Source: Heteronotia binoei (taxonomy: Eukaryota). Taken from it: a DNA stretch of 64,000 nt. A program made the translations under genes and the position numbers. How positions within the stretch are numbered: position 1 is the first letter of the stretch; each line of letters opens with the position of its first letter. Where the stretch lies: assembly GCF_032191835.1 (NCBI RefSeq), contig NC_083226.1, positions 55,800,001 to 55,864,000 of the forward strand. The letters are read 5' to 3'. The notes under the pieces were generated by a model. The model saw only the letters and a list, made by a program, of their open reading frames with translations. It did not search any database and was not told the origin of the DNA. Of this stretch, positions 1 through 12,327 are shown piece by piece.

Positions 1-690
1 CTGGGTAGGGCCCTCTGTCTTCTCGTGGGCTAGAGGAATGCCCAGCTCCGCCGACTGTGCTGCAAAGGCCGCCATCAAATGGGCACACTGGCCAGAGCCT
101 AAGGAGCCTGCAAGAAGAAGTCATCCAGGTAATGCACCACATTGCTCAAACAAACCCAGCGGCGCACCGCCTATTCTAAAAAGGAGCTAAAGCGCTCGAA
201 GGCCGCACAAGAAACGGAGCACCCCATGCGCAGGGCCCAGTCCATATAAAGCCGCCTTTCAAAATGAAAACCCAACAATTCAAAATCTAAAGGGTGAACC
301 AGTAGGAGGTGAAAGGCGGATTTTATGTTGCACTTTGCCAATTCAGCCCCAATACCACAACGCCTTACCATCTGCACTGCTTGGTCAAAAGATGTGTACT
401 ACACAGTACACAAATTTTCTGGTATGGCAACATTTACCGATTCCCCATGGGGGTAAGATAAATGATGAATCAATCTGAACTCTCCTGGGGCCTTTTTAGG
501 CACCAGACCCAACGGGAAGACCCTCAAGGTACTCACAGGGGGTGCGGAAAATGGGCCAATCACCCTACCCTCTGCTAATTCCTTCCTAATCTTCTGACGA
601 ATTATGTGCTCCATCCCTATAACAGACTTCAAACACTCTTCTCCCCGGCAACAAGGATGAAGAATCCCAATAAAAAGGCTATCCTTGAAA
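1..690 (-). mobile_element. Degenerate DIRS/Ngaro-type (tyrosine-recombinase retrotransposon) reverse transcriptase fragment; may extend to ~1400
   Basis: Minus ORFs 399-632 (GRVIGPF..PLGLVPKKAPGEFRLIHHLSYPHGESVN) and 171-377 (AKCNIKSAFHLLLVHPLDFELLGF..MGCSVSCAAFERFS). These continue past a TAG into VVHYLDDFF (~118-135) and LGIPLAHEKTEGP. Stops and frameshifts are present. Confidence 0.85.
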
Positions 691-3369
691 TGGCCACCCC
701 AAGCTGTCTACAAAATGGCCACTCTTCTCCCCGCAAACAGGGAGGAAGAATCCAACAGCTCCAATAAAATGGCCACCCAATTAAACCCCACGATGATGAT
801 GATAATAATAATAATAAATATTTATTATCTAAGGCCTCTTTCCAAACTGCACTGTCTGGAAGAACAGCCCCACACCCTGTGAAGTAACCATTCCCTCTCC
901 CAGAAGATTAATAAATATGGGGTGGTGGTGGAGGGGGGGATTTGGTTTCTCAGCCGGCTTAACAAAGATGAGCAAGGGGGGTCACCAATGCCAGTCCGAC
1001 TCAAAGATACCCTGCCACAAAAAGAAAGGGGAAGCTCAAAAATGCCAGCTGCATGAAAATGCTGCAGCCAGCGACAAACCGCCGCGTCAAAAGACACTCC
1101 CAAAGATGCTCCTAGACTCCCTCTTGAAAACCACTGCGGCTTGCTACAAGCAGCCGTGGCAGAGCTGACACGCAAACCACCGCGGCCCAAAAAAGTCACG
1201 GAGACTGGCAACAGGCCTTGTGCAGGGAAAGAGCACACAAGCTGAACTCTGCCTTCCCTGAGCATGAGGCGAAGTATGAGAGGAGGGAGTGGAGCCCGCC
1301 GTTATGACATGCCTGCTCCGCCCCCACCCCTGATGATGCCCTGCCCACTCCTCCTCCTTGCGAGGAGGCAAAATGGCCCCCAGACGCAAGGCTGTGCAGC
1401 CTGCCTCTGGATGGGAGCCGCATTCTGTATGTGGATCTTACACACAAACATCCCATTTCCTTTTTATATCTGAGATGTAATATTTTGACTTTTGTTTAAT
1501 ATTTGGTTTGGTTTTTTATATATATTGGATATAAAATTCTGAATTATGCTACAGATCCAGGCTATTAGCCTATCCAGCACCTTACAGTCTAGTCTGACTG
1601 GCACAAGATCTCCAGATTTTGAATAAGAAAATTTTCCCAATTACATCTAACTGCATCTAAATCCATCAATGTTACATATGTCCCCTTATACAACAGAACT
1701 TTCTATATGCAAAGGTATGCATTTCATCACTGCTTTATGAGTATGTTCCACTTAAAAAACAAAAACATAAAGCCTTGTTTTTTACTTGCTGAATTTTATT
1801 GTAGAGGATTTGAACTCAGGACATTTCACCCTTGAAATGAGAATTATGAGATCATTATTGGTCAGTCTTCAGTTACTGACCAGTTATGATTTGTAACTGG
1901 TATCTTATCTTGTGGAATGAATATTGTTCAAGGGAAACATTCTATCACGTTCAGAAAATTTTTATCATAATATATGGGTATGGTAATTTATGAGTGTTTA
2001 AATTTAGCATAAAAATGAAAAATTTCCCTCCCCATGCCTGTTCCTAAAATTGATTTGGTTCATTACATTTTATTGAATTATTTGACTTAGAGCAGAACCT
2101 AAATGTATCTGCAATACCTCTTGATATTAAAGACAGACTAGTTATGATTATGTAGTTATTAATTCCCAGTAATATTTAATAATTATGCATACATATTTTC
2201 ATAAATATTTAAGTTTTTGTTCTAAGAGCGTTGCAAACTTACATTTTAATATAGTGGTTTTCATTGCTTCCGAAGGGTATCTTGACTTATGTAAGAATAC
2301 TAACTGTAGCACTACAAAATGTTTTTTAAAAATACAAAAACATTAAGTTATGACTTGGGGTTTGGATAATCAGAGACTAGCAGACTACTAAATAAAAAAA
2401 ATCCTACTCTAAACACAATTTATGAAACATACTGCCTTATAATGTGGTGGTGGCCATTGACCCGTATATTTCCATATAACAGGCTTCACAGCATAAATAG
2501 AGCCTCCATGTTCAAAGCACCTTTGATTACAAGGTACTGCAGACAACGACAGAAGCAAGTTGCAGCCTCTGTGCCCTGCTTGTGAACTTCCCAGGGCAGA
2601 GGGCAGCCCTATGTTGGAAACACAATGCTAGACAACATGAACACTTGGCCTGGTTTGAGATGCTTTTAAAGGTTTTAAAACAGAGACTTCTACATTTTGC
2701 AAGTACCCTTAACATCTCTAGATAAGCATGCACTGAAAAGAAGCAAGATGAAAAGTGTGTGTGTGTGTTCTTGTCCTCCTTATTTGTGCATTTGGAAAAT
2801 AAGAAAAAATGACTGCTATTCTTACTACTACACCTGGAAACGGTGAAGTTACACACTCACTGAGATTTATAATTAGGGATAGGCATGAACCAAGAAAATG
2901 GAGGTTTATTCCAGTTCGTAGATTGTGGGATCTCATGGGCCATGTACCTTCATGAACCTCCCCGTTTACTAAACTGGTTCATTTAATGAGGTTTGTGTTG
3001 CAATAGAATTGCCCTTGCAGTGAATCTCCAGCTGATTCTCCTTTACCTGATCTCCCAAGTTTGGTGAAGGTTGGATTTAGGAGGCTGAATTACAGCTCAT
3101 CAAAGCAGGTGCCCCCAGGAAAGTTCTCTCTGGTGAAATCATAGTTGAATGCCTAGGAGTGTGTAAAATGGACCCCTTACAAGCTAGAGGCATCAGACTC
3201 ACAGAAGACCTCCCTGGGATGCTCCTTTACCTGCCCTCCAAATTTGGTGATTATTGGATTAGGGGTGGGTGGATCTGAGCACTGCGTGCCTCCTCAATGT
3301 AGACATTGTTGCCACAGATGGGCAATCCTTCTTCTCAGGCTCAGGAGGTAGTCCAGTCCACCTCTTTCT

Positions 3370-4040
3370 GGATGATTCTAGGATCCAAAGTGCAGAAGGG
3401 GGGACCCAATAGGACATCTGGCACAGGAGGGGGGTGAAAAATTGGAAAACTAAGACAAAGGAAAGGCATAGCAAAGACAGCTGATGATGTTAAGCCTGGT
3501 GGGAGGGTGCCCAGTGGCATGGAAGTTGAAGTTCCTAGAGTCTAAAGTGCAAAAAGGGTGGGGATCCAATGGAAGGTCTGGCACAAAAGGGGGTGGAGAG
3601 TTGGAAAACCAAGACAAGACACAGCAATAGCACCTTTAAGACCAACAAAGGTTGGGAAGTTGAGGATCCTAAGGTCAAAAGGGGAGCTAACAGAAGGTCT
3701 AATGAAGGGTGTGTGTGTCGCAGATGGGCAATCCAGTTGGAAAACTGTGATGAGGGGCAGTCACAGCAAGGAGAGCTGATGATGTTAAGCCTGGTGTGGA
3801 GATACCAAGAGGACAGTAAATTGAGCATCCTTAGGTGTGAAGTGCAAAAGGGAGGATTAACAGGAGGTCTAGTGCAGGAGGGTGTGTGTGGAAAGTTGGA
3901 CAACTGAGATGAGGGGCTGCATAAAGGCAACTGATGATGCCAAGCCAAGAGGTGTGTGTCCAGAGGTGCAGAAGTTGAAGATCCAAGGGTCCAAAGGGCA
4001 AAAGAGGGGTGAAGAAATTCAGAGTTGAAAAATCCTCCTG
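3370..4040. repeat. Diverged minisatellite, ~150-bp unit, ~4-5 copies
   Basis: Recurring anchors CTGATGATG(T/C)(T/C)AAGCC at 3481, 3776, 3931 and TTGA..(A/T)TCC.A.GT at ~3525, 3659, 3819, 3974. Confidence 0.7.
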
Positions 4041-4877
4041 AGGGGGGAGTGTGTGTCCACACCTGAGAAACCCACTGGCTGAGCAGGACAGGTGCCTCAG
4101 AGCCGAGTAAGCACCAAACATCCCTAACCACACTGTTTTCACATTCAGTAATTACTTCCAGTTTTCTTTCCTCTCTGCCTCTCTGCCTTACTACCTGCTT
4201 CAAAGTAAAATCACCTCTGTGTGAGCTGAGAGTATATATCCATTCTGCTCCCATAGAGTAGAATGGGAGCTCTCTTGTTTGGTAGCCAGCACGCAATGCC
4301 TGTTGAGCTTTGGAGGCCACTATTGGTGTTTCCAGGGCCACAGAAGGGCTGCAGAAGTCCATCCCCTCTGTTGTTTTCATGATTAATTGATCAACACTAG
4401 AACAAACTGCATGAACCTACATGAAAACCATAGAGGTTTGCGGGAGCTTTATTGCTGACCCAAATGACCCTCAGCTCATGAATCATGAATTGGACAGTTT
4501 TCATGATGAGGTTCATGCCTAGGCCTTGAGCGGCTTGGAGCACCACTGAGAAACTCTGGCATCCCTCCTGCCCCCTAATCCTCCCACCTACTTTTGCCTT
4601 CCCTCCACACTGGAAGGAAGACTGGTAAGGGAGGGAGGCCAGCCAGCCAGCCACAGCAGCTTAGCCCTGCCACCAGCAGCTCTCATCTGGTCAGAACAAG
4701 CTGGGGGGGTTACATATAGACCTGTGCTCTGCTACTCACTTGCTACTGCCACTGGGAGCCAGCACAGAATTGTGAGTTGTGGGTGGCTTCTTGGTCTAGC
4801 GAGGGTGGGGAGTGGCCTGAGAGTGCCCAGGCTGCATGAGGCCTGCCCCAGTTATCCATGTGTTCATCCTCCATCCC

Positions 4878-5748
4878 TAGGCTTCCCAAATCCCCCGCCT
4901 GGGCGGGGACCCTCGATTTGGAGATTCCTCCCCCCGCTCGCCAAAAATCCAGAAAGTGGGGGGGGAGTGGCAGCCCTTCCCACCCAGCCCTGATCCCAGC
5001 AGCTTCTCCTCGCCCCTTCCCTTCCCACTGATCCCCGATGCTTCTCTTCGTCCCTTCCCTTCCCTTCCCACCCTGGATCGCAGCACCTTCTCCTTGCCCC
5101 TCCCTTCCCACCCAGCCCTGATCGCACCAGCCGTTCTTCCGTTTTCCCAGGCTGCTTCCCACCCCCAGTCAGCTGGCTGGTGTGTGGGGGGAGAAGCTTC
5201 GCCCCGCCCGCAAAGGACCATGTGCCTTTGCACCTCCGGAGGCTTGATTGAAAGGCTTCAGTTTGGGATGGTGTGTCTGTGTTGCTGTGAAGAAGCTGGC
5301 AGCAACTCGTGAGTAGAGAGGCCAATCTCCTGCATCAGATTTGCCGGAAACGTCTTCATTATTCCCTATGTGGAGATCAATTCTCATAGGGTATAATGGG
5401 GAATTGATCGGGAGGTTTCAGGGGCTCTGGGGGAGCTGTTTTTTGAGGTAGAGGCACCACATTTTCAATATAGTATTTAGTGCCTCTCCCCAAAGTACCC
5501 CCCAAGTTTCAAAATGGTTGGACCAGGGGGTCCAATTCTCTGAGCCCCCAAAAAGGTGCCCCTATCCATTATTTCTTATGGAAGGAAGACATTTTAAAAG
5601 GTGTGCTGTCCCTTTAAATGTGATGGCCAGAACTCTCTTGGAATTCAATTATGCTTGTCATACCCTTGTTCCTGGCTCTGCCCCCAATGTCTCCTGGCTC
5701 CACCCCCAAAGTCCCCAGATATTTCTTGAATTGGACTTGGCAACCCTA
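4878..5748. mobile_element. Non-autonomous hAT element (MITE), TAGGGTTGCCA-type termini
   Basis: Starts TAGGCTTCCCA and ends TGGCAACCCTA. Perfect 8-bp TSD TCCATCCC at 4870-4877 and 5749-5756. Same family as 52457-53255. Confidence 0.9.
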
Positions 5749-5799
5749 TCCATCCCTTCCTGAAGAAGCAGGTGGGTATTTGAACTCAGAGCCATCAGG

Positions 5800-6300
5800 G
5801 CCTGGGAAGGGAGGAGGGAGATCCAAGCATGTGTGAGTCCCTCTTTGCCACTGCCAGCCTGCCATAAATGCTGTGCTTGGGCCAGTTTATGTGCTCTGCC
5901 TCCATTATGCATCTTATCCCTTCCTGAAGAGATTAGTGGGGGACTGGGGCTGTTCAAACTTGGAGTCGTTGTGGCCTGAGAGGAAAGAAGGAAGAGCTGG
6001 TGGGTTGATGGGTGTGCACATGGGTCTCTCTTTGCCACTGCCAGCTCACATGAAAAGCTGTGCTGGGGCTAGTGCATGTAGTCTGTCTCTGTCCTCCATC
6101 CCATCCCAAAGAAGTGAGTGGGTGGTAGGGGACTGGGAGGTTCAGACTCAGAGAGAGCCATTGGGGCTGGGGAGGAGGACGATGTGGGCACATGTAGGTC
6201 TCTCTTTGCCACTGCTGGCCCACCCTGAAAGCTGTGCTGAGGCCAGTTGTGTGAAACACAGACCTCTGTCCCATCCCCGGAGAAGTGTGTGGCTGGGGCA
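5800..6300. repeat. Tandem repeat, ~180-bp unit x3
   Basis: TCTTTGCCACTGC..GCTGTGCT recurs at ~5843, 6030 and 6203. Confidence 0.65.
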
Positions 6301-6384
6301 GGAGTGGTTTGGATGGGCCAGCTGCACTGTTTGGAGCTGGGGAAGGGGGGAAGGATTTCCGATTTTATGAATCAGCAATCTTTG

Positions 6385-6750
6385 CCAGCCAGCTCCAGGC
6401 TGGGAAATTGCTGGAGATTTGGCAGGGGAACTTGGGAGGGCATGGACTGTAGCAGGGAATAATGCTTCTTCAGGGCAGGATGGAGGATGAACACATGGAT
6501 GGACCTCATGCAGCCTGGGCACTCTCTGGCCACCCTCCACCCTTGCCAGGCCAAGAAGCCACCCACAACTCGCAATTCTGTGCTGGCTCCCAGTGGCAGT
6601 AGCAGGTAGCAGAGCACAGGTCCATGTGTAACCCCCCCAGCTTGTTCTGACCAGACGATGGCTGCTGGGGGAGTTCAGTGCCTAAACTTGCCATTTTCTC
6701 CTGGGAAATCTGGAGATCAGTTGTATTTACAGGAGATCTTAGAGTCCAAT
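6385..6750. mobile_element. Short TAGGGTTGCCA-family MITE, interrupted by the right arm of the inverted repeat
   Basis: CTCCAGGCTGGGAAATTGCTGGAGATTTG..AATAATGC, then a ~210-bp insert, then GCCATTTTCTCC..GGAGATCAGTTGTA. Collinear with the copies at 43795 and 44331. Confidence 0.55.
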
Positions 6751-7224
6751 GTGAAGGCAGGCAACTGGACTGGGAGCACTGGAGTGTGGACTCTAGAGTA
6801 GGAGTGTCAAACATGTGCCCCATGGGCTGGATCAGGTTCCTGGAGGGCTCCTGTTAGGCTCGCAAGCAAGTCTGCTTCCTTTTCCCTCATTCTTGCTTCT
6901 TTTTGTGTCACAGCTTGCTTTGCCAGGATTTCTCAATTGCATAGAAGCTAAAGAGCAAAGCCTCTATTTTCACCACTGGTTGAGGCTCCTCTCTTGGGGA
7001 AGAATTGGGGGGTGGGGAAGAAATCCATAAGTTGCTTTCATTGGGGTTTATGTAAATACTACTATATTACTGCCTACTTATATTGTTTATTTTATTATTT
7101 TAACTTTTAATTAATAATTTTAACTTTGTGTTTTTTGCAGTGTTTTTTTCTATGCTGGTCTTTGATTGTACAATAAATTTGTTTTGATCTAATTTACTTA
7201 GTATGACATTTAATAACATACTTT

Positions 7225-7292
7225 TGAGCCGCCCTGAGCCACTCTGTGGGAAGGGCGGGGTATAAGTTACGGAATAAATAAATAAATAAATC
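7225..7292 (+). mobile_element. Short L2-type 3' tail
   Basis: GAGCCGCCCTGAG..GGGCGGGGTATAAG followed by (AAAT)n. A reverse copy lies at ~37667-37732. Confidence 0.55.
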
Positions 7293-8297
7293 ACAAACTT
7301 TAAGTTTTAATATCTTTTGCATTTCTTCATATATTTCTACCCAATATTTTCTTACTTTCTCACATGTTCACCTCATATAAATATTACATCTGTACTCTGA
7401 CATTCCTAGCACTTTTGATAGTACCCTTTGTTATTTTTTGCAATATCATTAGGCATGTTATATTATTTATAAATAAATAATTTTTTTTTTTTATTTATAC
7501 CCCGCCCTCCCCACCGAGGCAGGCTTAAAAACATTTTCTGTCAGTCATCCCTTAATGTTTGAGATTCAGTAAATTTGATTTCATTAGTTTAAAATTTTCC
7601 CCACTGTCTCATACATATATTCTTTCCAAAGTTTTGTATCCATTTTATCACACAGTTTTGTATGCATTTTTTTTGTACAGAATTTTTCTTGCAAAAACTA
7701 ATGATATAGTTGATATAACTTTTTTTTTTACAGTTCCCTCCTCTTGCCTGGTTTAAAGATATTGAAGTTCATTATAAGAATTTTTGATGGAATACACTTA
7801 TGCTCACTAACATTGGAGGAGAAAAGAGAACCTTTAAGCCAAACATTGATTTGGTTTTACGTATCCCAATGGAATTCATTGCTATAGAACAGTAAGGAAG
7901 ATATATTATCTTTGGTTAAATCAAAAAGATTATGTAAATACATTTCATACAAGTTGGAAGAATAAATCACAGATGTCGGCTTGATGGAAAGTTTGTTACC
8001 ACAGAAATCTACAGCTCTGAAATTCCAATGTGTTAATTAAAAGGTGACATCTGGTATACTAATTTATGCTAAGTGAAGAAATGTTCAGATTAAAATAGGA
8101 TGTGTTTAAATGTTTTTGGTGTCATCAGTGGGAAACTAAAAGTCATACGATGAATGAAGTGACTCTGACCCAAATATATGCAAATGTACATTAAAATGTC
8201 AAAGAACAATGGAAAATCATGAGAAGAAAAGTTTCTGAAGTACTATTTATCCTTCATCTTAAACAAATTTTAACTGTATCATTGCATTATCCCTCCA

Positions 8298-9607
8298 GAG
8301 AGTTGCAATGAGGCACTCCAGAGGGATATGTTGAGGCTGGGTGAGTGGGTGTCAACTTGGCAAATGAGGTTCACTGTGGCCAAATGCAAGGTAATGCACA
8401 TTGGGGCCAAAAATCCTAACTATAAGTACAAGTTGATGGGGTGTGCACTGGAGGAAACTGACCAAGAGAGAGATCTTGGGGTCATGGTTGATAACTTATT
8501 GAAAATGTCAAGACAATGTGTGATTGCAAGAAAAAAAGGCCAATGCTATACTGGGAATTATTAGGAAGGGAACTGAAAACAAATCAGCCAGTATCATAAT
8601 GCTCCTGTATAAATTGATAGTGTAGCCTCATTTGGAGTACTGTATACAATTCTGGTCACCGCACCTCAAAAAAGATATAGCATTGGAAAAAGTGTAGAAA
8701 AGGGCAACTAGAATGATTAAAGGGTTGGAACACTTTCCCTATGAAGAAAGGTTAAAATGCTTGGGTCTCTTTAGCTTGGAGAAATGTCAACTGCGGGGTG
8801 ACATGATAGAGGTTTACAAGATTATGAATGGGATACAGAAGGCAGAGAAAGAAGTACTTTTCTCCCTTTCTCAAAATACGAGAACTCGTGGGCACTCAAT
8901 GAAATTGCTGAGCAGTCAGGTTAGAACGGATAAAAGGAAGTACTTCTTCACCCAAAAGGTGATTTAACACATGGAATTCACTGCCACAGGAATTCCAGCT
9001 ACAAGCATAGGTAGCTTCATAGGTGACAGCTACAAGCATAGCAAGCTTCAAGAGGGGATTGGATGAACATATGGTGCAGAGGTCCATCAGTGGCTATTAG
9101 CCACTGCATATTGTTGGAACTCTATCTGGGACAAGTGATGTTTTGTATTCTTGGTGCTTGGGGGGGGGGGGGGACAGTGGGAGGGCTTCTAGTGTCCTGG
9201 CCCCACTGATGGACCTCCCAAAGGCACCTGGTTTTTTGGGTCACTGTGTGACATACAGTGTTGGAGTGGATGGGCCAGTGGATGTCGATGAGCCAGTTTG
9301 GTGTAGTGGTTAAGCATGTGGACTCTTATCTGGGAGAACCGGGTTTGATTCCCCACTCCCTCACTTGCACCTGCTGGCATGGCCTTGGGTCAGCCATAGC
9401 TCTGGCAGAGGTTGTCCTTGAAAGGGCAGCTGCTGTAAGAGCCCTCTCCAGCCCCACCCACCTCACAAGGTGTCTGTTGTGGGGGAGGAAGGTAAAGGAG
9501 ATTGTGAGCCGCTCTGAGACTCTTCGGAGTGGAGGACGGGATATAAATCCAATATCTTCTGTCTTCTTCTTCTTGATCCAACATGGCTTCTCTTACATTC
9601 TTATGTT
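8298..9607 (+). mobile_element. CR1 LINE 3' fragment (ORF2 end plus 3'UTR), with a SINE inserted in the 3'UTR
   Basis: WQMRFTVAKCKVMHIG..ERDLGV and KGLEHFPYEERLKCLGLFSLEK..RTRGHSMKL. The 3' end is TGATCCAACATGGCTTCTCTTACATTCTTATG. Confidence 0.9.
9290..9568 (+). mobile_element. tRNA-derived squamate SINE with an L2/MIR-like tail
   Basis: A box TGGTGTAGTGGTTAAG, B box GGTTTGATTCCCC, CCTCACA.GGTGTCTGTTGTG core and a (TCT)n tail. Confidence 0.85.
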
Positions 9608-10980
9608 AATTATCTCCAAATACACAGTTAGAGGAAACTGTTAAATGAAAAAAAATGAACATTCTTTCCCCCATTCCTCCTGGTTTCCTTTTAAAATTAT
9701 CTTTCCCTTTTCATATTCTTTAAGGTGGGCTGTTGAACTCATTTGTTATGAGGGACGGATTGGACATAAATGAGACCTTATTGGGTTGAGCCATGTTGGG
9801 TTGAGCAATAAAAAAACACTTATTACATTAGCATGCTTGTAATATTTATTTTACAGTTTCTGATAACTGACACCTCTTGCTTTGAATTTGTCAGGATGGC
9901 CCTGACATGCTGTTGCTGTAACATGCCATTCCATATGTGTTCTGTTTCTGTAGTATGATGTTCTGTGGGCATACTGATTCATGGTGCCTACTGTTTATAC
10001 GTGTCTAATAGACTCTGAATCCTGTAACTTTGAATCTAGACTGGTAACAGATGTAACTATGTAGCCACTATTTAACACAATATGTGCAGGTAGAATAGGA
10101 AGTAAACCATATATGCTATTCATTGTACTCTGAACTGAACTGGTACTTATCACGTTGCTTGGTAACACTTAGGGAGGACTGTGCCACTGACCTTGCTGTT
10201 CCAAATAACTTTATGTGGGAACTAGACCTAGGTTGGTGGGAGACTTTTTGTGCATGTTTTTTTTTTACTATAACTGTATGCTTTGTTCCTGCTTTCATTA
10301 TTCTTGGCTTGGGTGTTTGCAGCACAAGGCACATGCTCTGTATATGAAAATAAACCTTTAATATGAGAACTGGTGAGTTGGGTCAATAACTGGCAGAACC
10401 TTACAGAACTATTGCATCAAAATCTGATTACAATGTCTGTGCTATAGCAATCTTTAGTATTCTGTTCAGGTGTGTATCTGTAAGTTGAAAACCTACTTTT
10501 GATTTATTGATATTAATTACAGAAGTCTCATGGTCAGTGCTCTGTGCCGTAGGACCCAGGGGGAAACATGAAATGGCTGGGCATTGTGAACTTTTGTACA
10601 TAAGTTGTTTTGTCCACTGGTCAAGAATATGTGAAGGCATCAGGACACAGACTGAGGGCTATGTGTTTATCTACAAAACTGTAGACTTCCCCTCCAAAAT
10701 AACTGCAGTTCCCATGACACAGTGCAAGAGCAGAGATACAGCAATGTACAGTGGTCAGTATCAGCCTACTATCTGGGAAGCCTAGGTTCAAAATCCCCAG
10801 TCTACAAAGGAAATGTGCTGGACACATACTCTCACCCTAATCCACCTCACTGGCTTGTTATCTCTAATGTGAACTATTTAGATTAGAACTATTTAGATTA
10901 TTTTCTAACTGAGAAAGAATGGATCATGAGGACATGAATACAGTGAAAAGGAGAAGGGAAAATTAGCTTAACAACACAGA

Positions 10981-11265
10981 GGTTGTTTTCGCACTCACCT
11001 CCAGCCGGCGTGACCCCCCTCTTCACCACGCAGGATCTGCGCGGATTTCGCACTAAATGCCGCGGAGCAGCCTTTTGCGCCGGAAACTCCCGTCGCAAAA
11101 GCCGCTCAAATGGGAACTGCTTTTTGGGGTTCCCGTTTGAGCGGCTTTTGCGACGGGAGTTTCCGGCGCAAAAGGCTGCTCCGCGGCATTTAGTGTGAAA
11201 TCCGCACAGATCCTGCGCGGTGAAGAGGGGGGTCGCGCCGGCTGGAGGTGAGTGCGAAAACGACA
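10981..11265. mobile_element. Fully palindromic MITE, probably PIF/Harbinger-like
   Basis: Arms of ~137 bp with ~7 mismatches, mostly CpG transitions, around a ~12-nt loop. Termini contain GTTTTCGCACT. 3-bp TSD AGA at 10978-10980 and 11266-11268. Confidence 0.85.
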
Positions 11266-12143
11266 AGAGAGAGAGAGAGAGAGTAGCATGACAAAAAGCT
11301 CTTACTTTGAATAGAACTTTGTTGGTCTTAAAGGTGCTTTTTGTATTTCTCCCATGTGAGGCAGCTGAGCTAAGCAGTTTCTTGCTGTTTCCCTCTTCCC
11401 CAAGCTCAGCTGTGTAATTGACAGAGACAGCAGAATTATGGAGCCAAGCTCCTCTATTGGCTAAGGCTTCTCCTCCTCCCTTAGAGAAGGGGAAAGAAGA
11501 GGGAAAGAGTGAGAGGCTGCTTTACTCAGCTGCTTCAGTTGCAAGGAAGAAATAGAAAAAGCACTGGCAAAGCAATGAAGGAGAGGGAGAAGGAAGCAGA
11601 TGATGACCAGTTGTTCATGGGTGCATACAAGTTCTGTGGGAGACGGATCAGGCCTGTGGACCGCATGTTTGACATCCCTACTATAAGGCATAAAGCAGTT
11701 ATTGACCAGTTGTGAAGAGTGAGTTACATGTATCCTGCACTGCACTATGACTACTTACCGATGGAATTCACAGATTTCAGTGTTTATATGTATGTGATAC
11801 AAGTGCTGGCAAAAATTCAAAATATTTATCTTCTATGCAGGGATACTGAAAACATCCTAAAAATGGTATCAAGTTTGCCTTGTTCAAATCCCTCATTTTG
11901 GTGAATTCAAGACTGTTTTAAATATTTGCTTACAACACAAAAGAAGTATTGTGAGTAGCTTTGCATCTGTCCAACGGTGGCAGTTGGTATGATTCTGACT
12001 CAGTGGCGATCACTGTGCCCTAGGAGCCAGTGGGACTATTAGGTTGTATGTGCTATCTTTGCACAGTGGCATTACTACATCACTTTGTCTCACTTCTAGT
12101 GTTCCCTTGGCCATTGGCAGGGGATTGGGAGTGATGCTGTCAA

Positions 12144-12327
12144 ATCCAGCTCAGGAAACTTCTACAAATTTGAGGATGGCGCCTGGGAGAATGAGGACCT
12201 CAGTGTGGTACAGTGCTATAGAGTCCACTCTCTGAAGCATCCATTTTCTCCTTTTATCTCTGTAGTCTGGAGATGAGCTGTAATCCTGGGGGATCTCCAG
12301 GCCCCACCTAGAGGCTGGCATCCCTAC
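12144..12327. mobile_element. Short TAGGGTTGCCA-family MITE (degenerate)
   Basis: Internal ATAGAGTCCAC..CCATTTTCTCC..GGAGATGAGCTGTAAT; ends GGCTGGCATCCCTA. Confidence 0.6.

Larger units (their letters stand above)
4672..6668. repeat. Pair of ~200-bp inverted copies (4672-4877 plus 5749-5770, versus ~6474-6668)
   Basis: GGTCAGAACAAGCTGGGGGGGTTAC..GCTACTGCCACTGGGAGCCAGCACAGAATTG..ATGTGTTCATCCTCCATCC on + is matched in reverse complement at 6474-6668. The left arm is split by the MITE at 4878-5748. Confidence 0.75.

Noticed and set aside
3535-4380. 281-aa minus-strand ORF as a novel gene
   Set aside because: It overlies the minisatellite, is P/S/L-biased, and has no recognisable domain or splice context.
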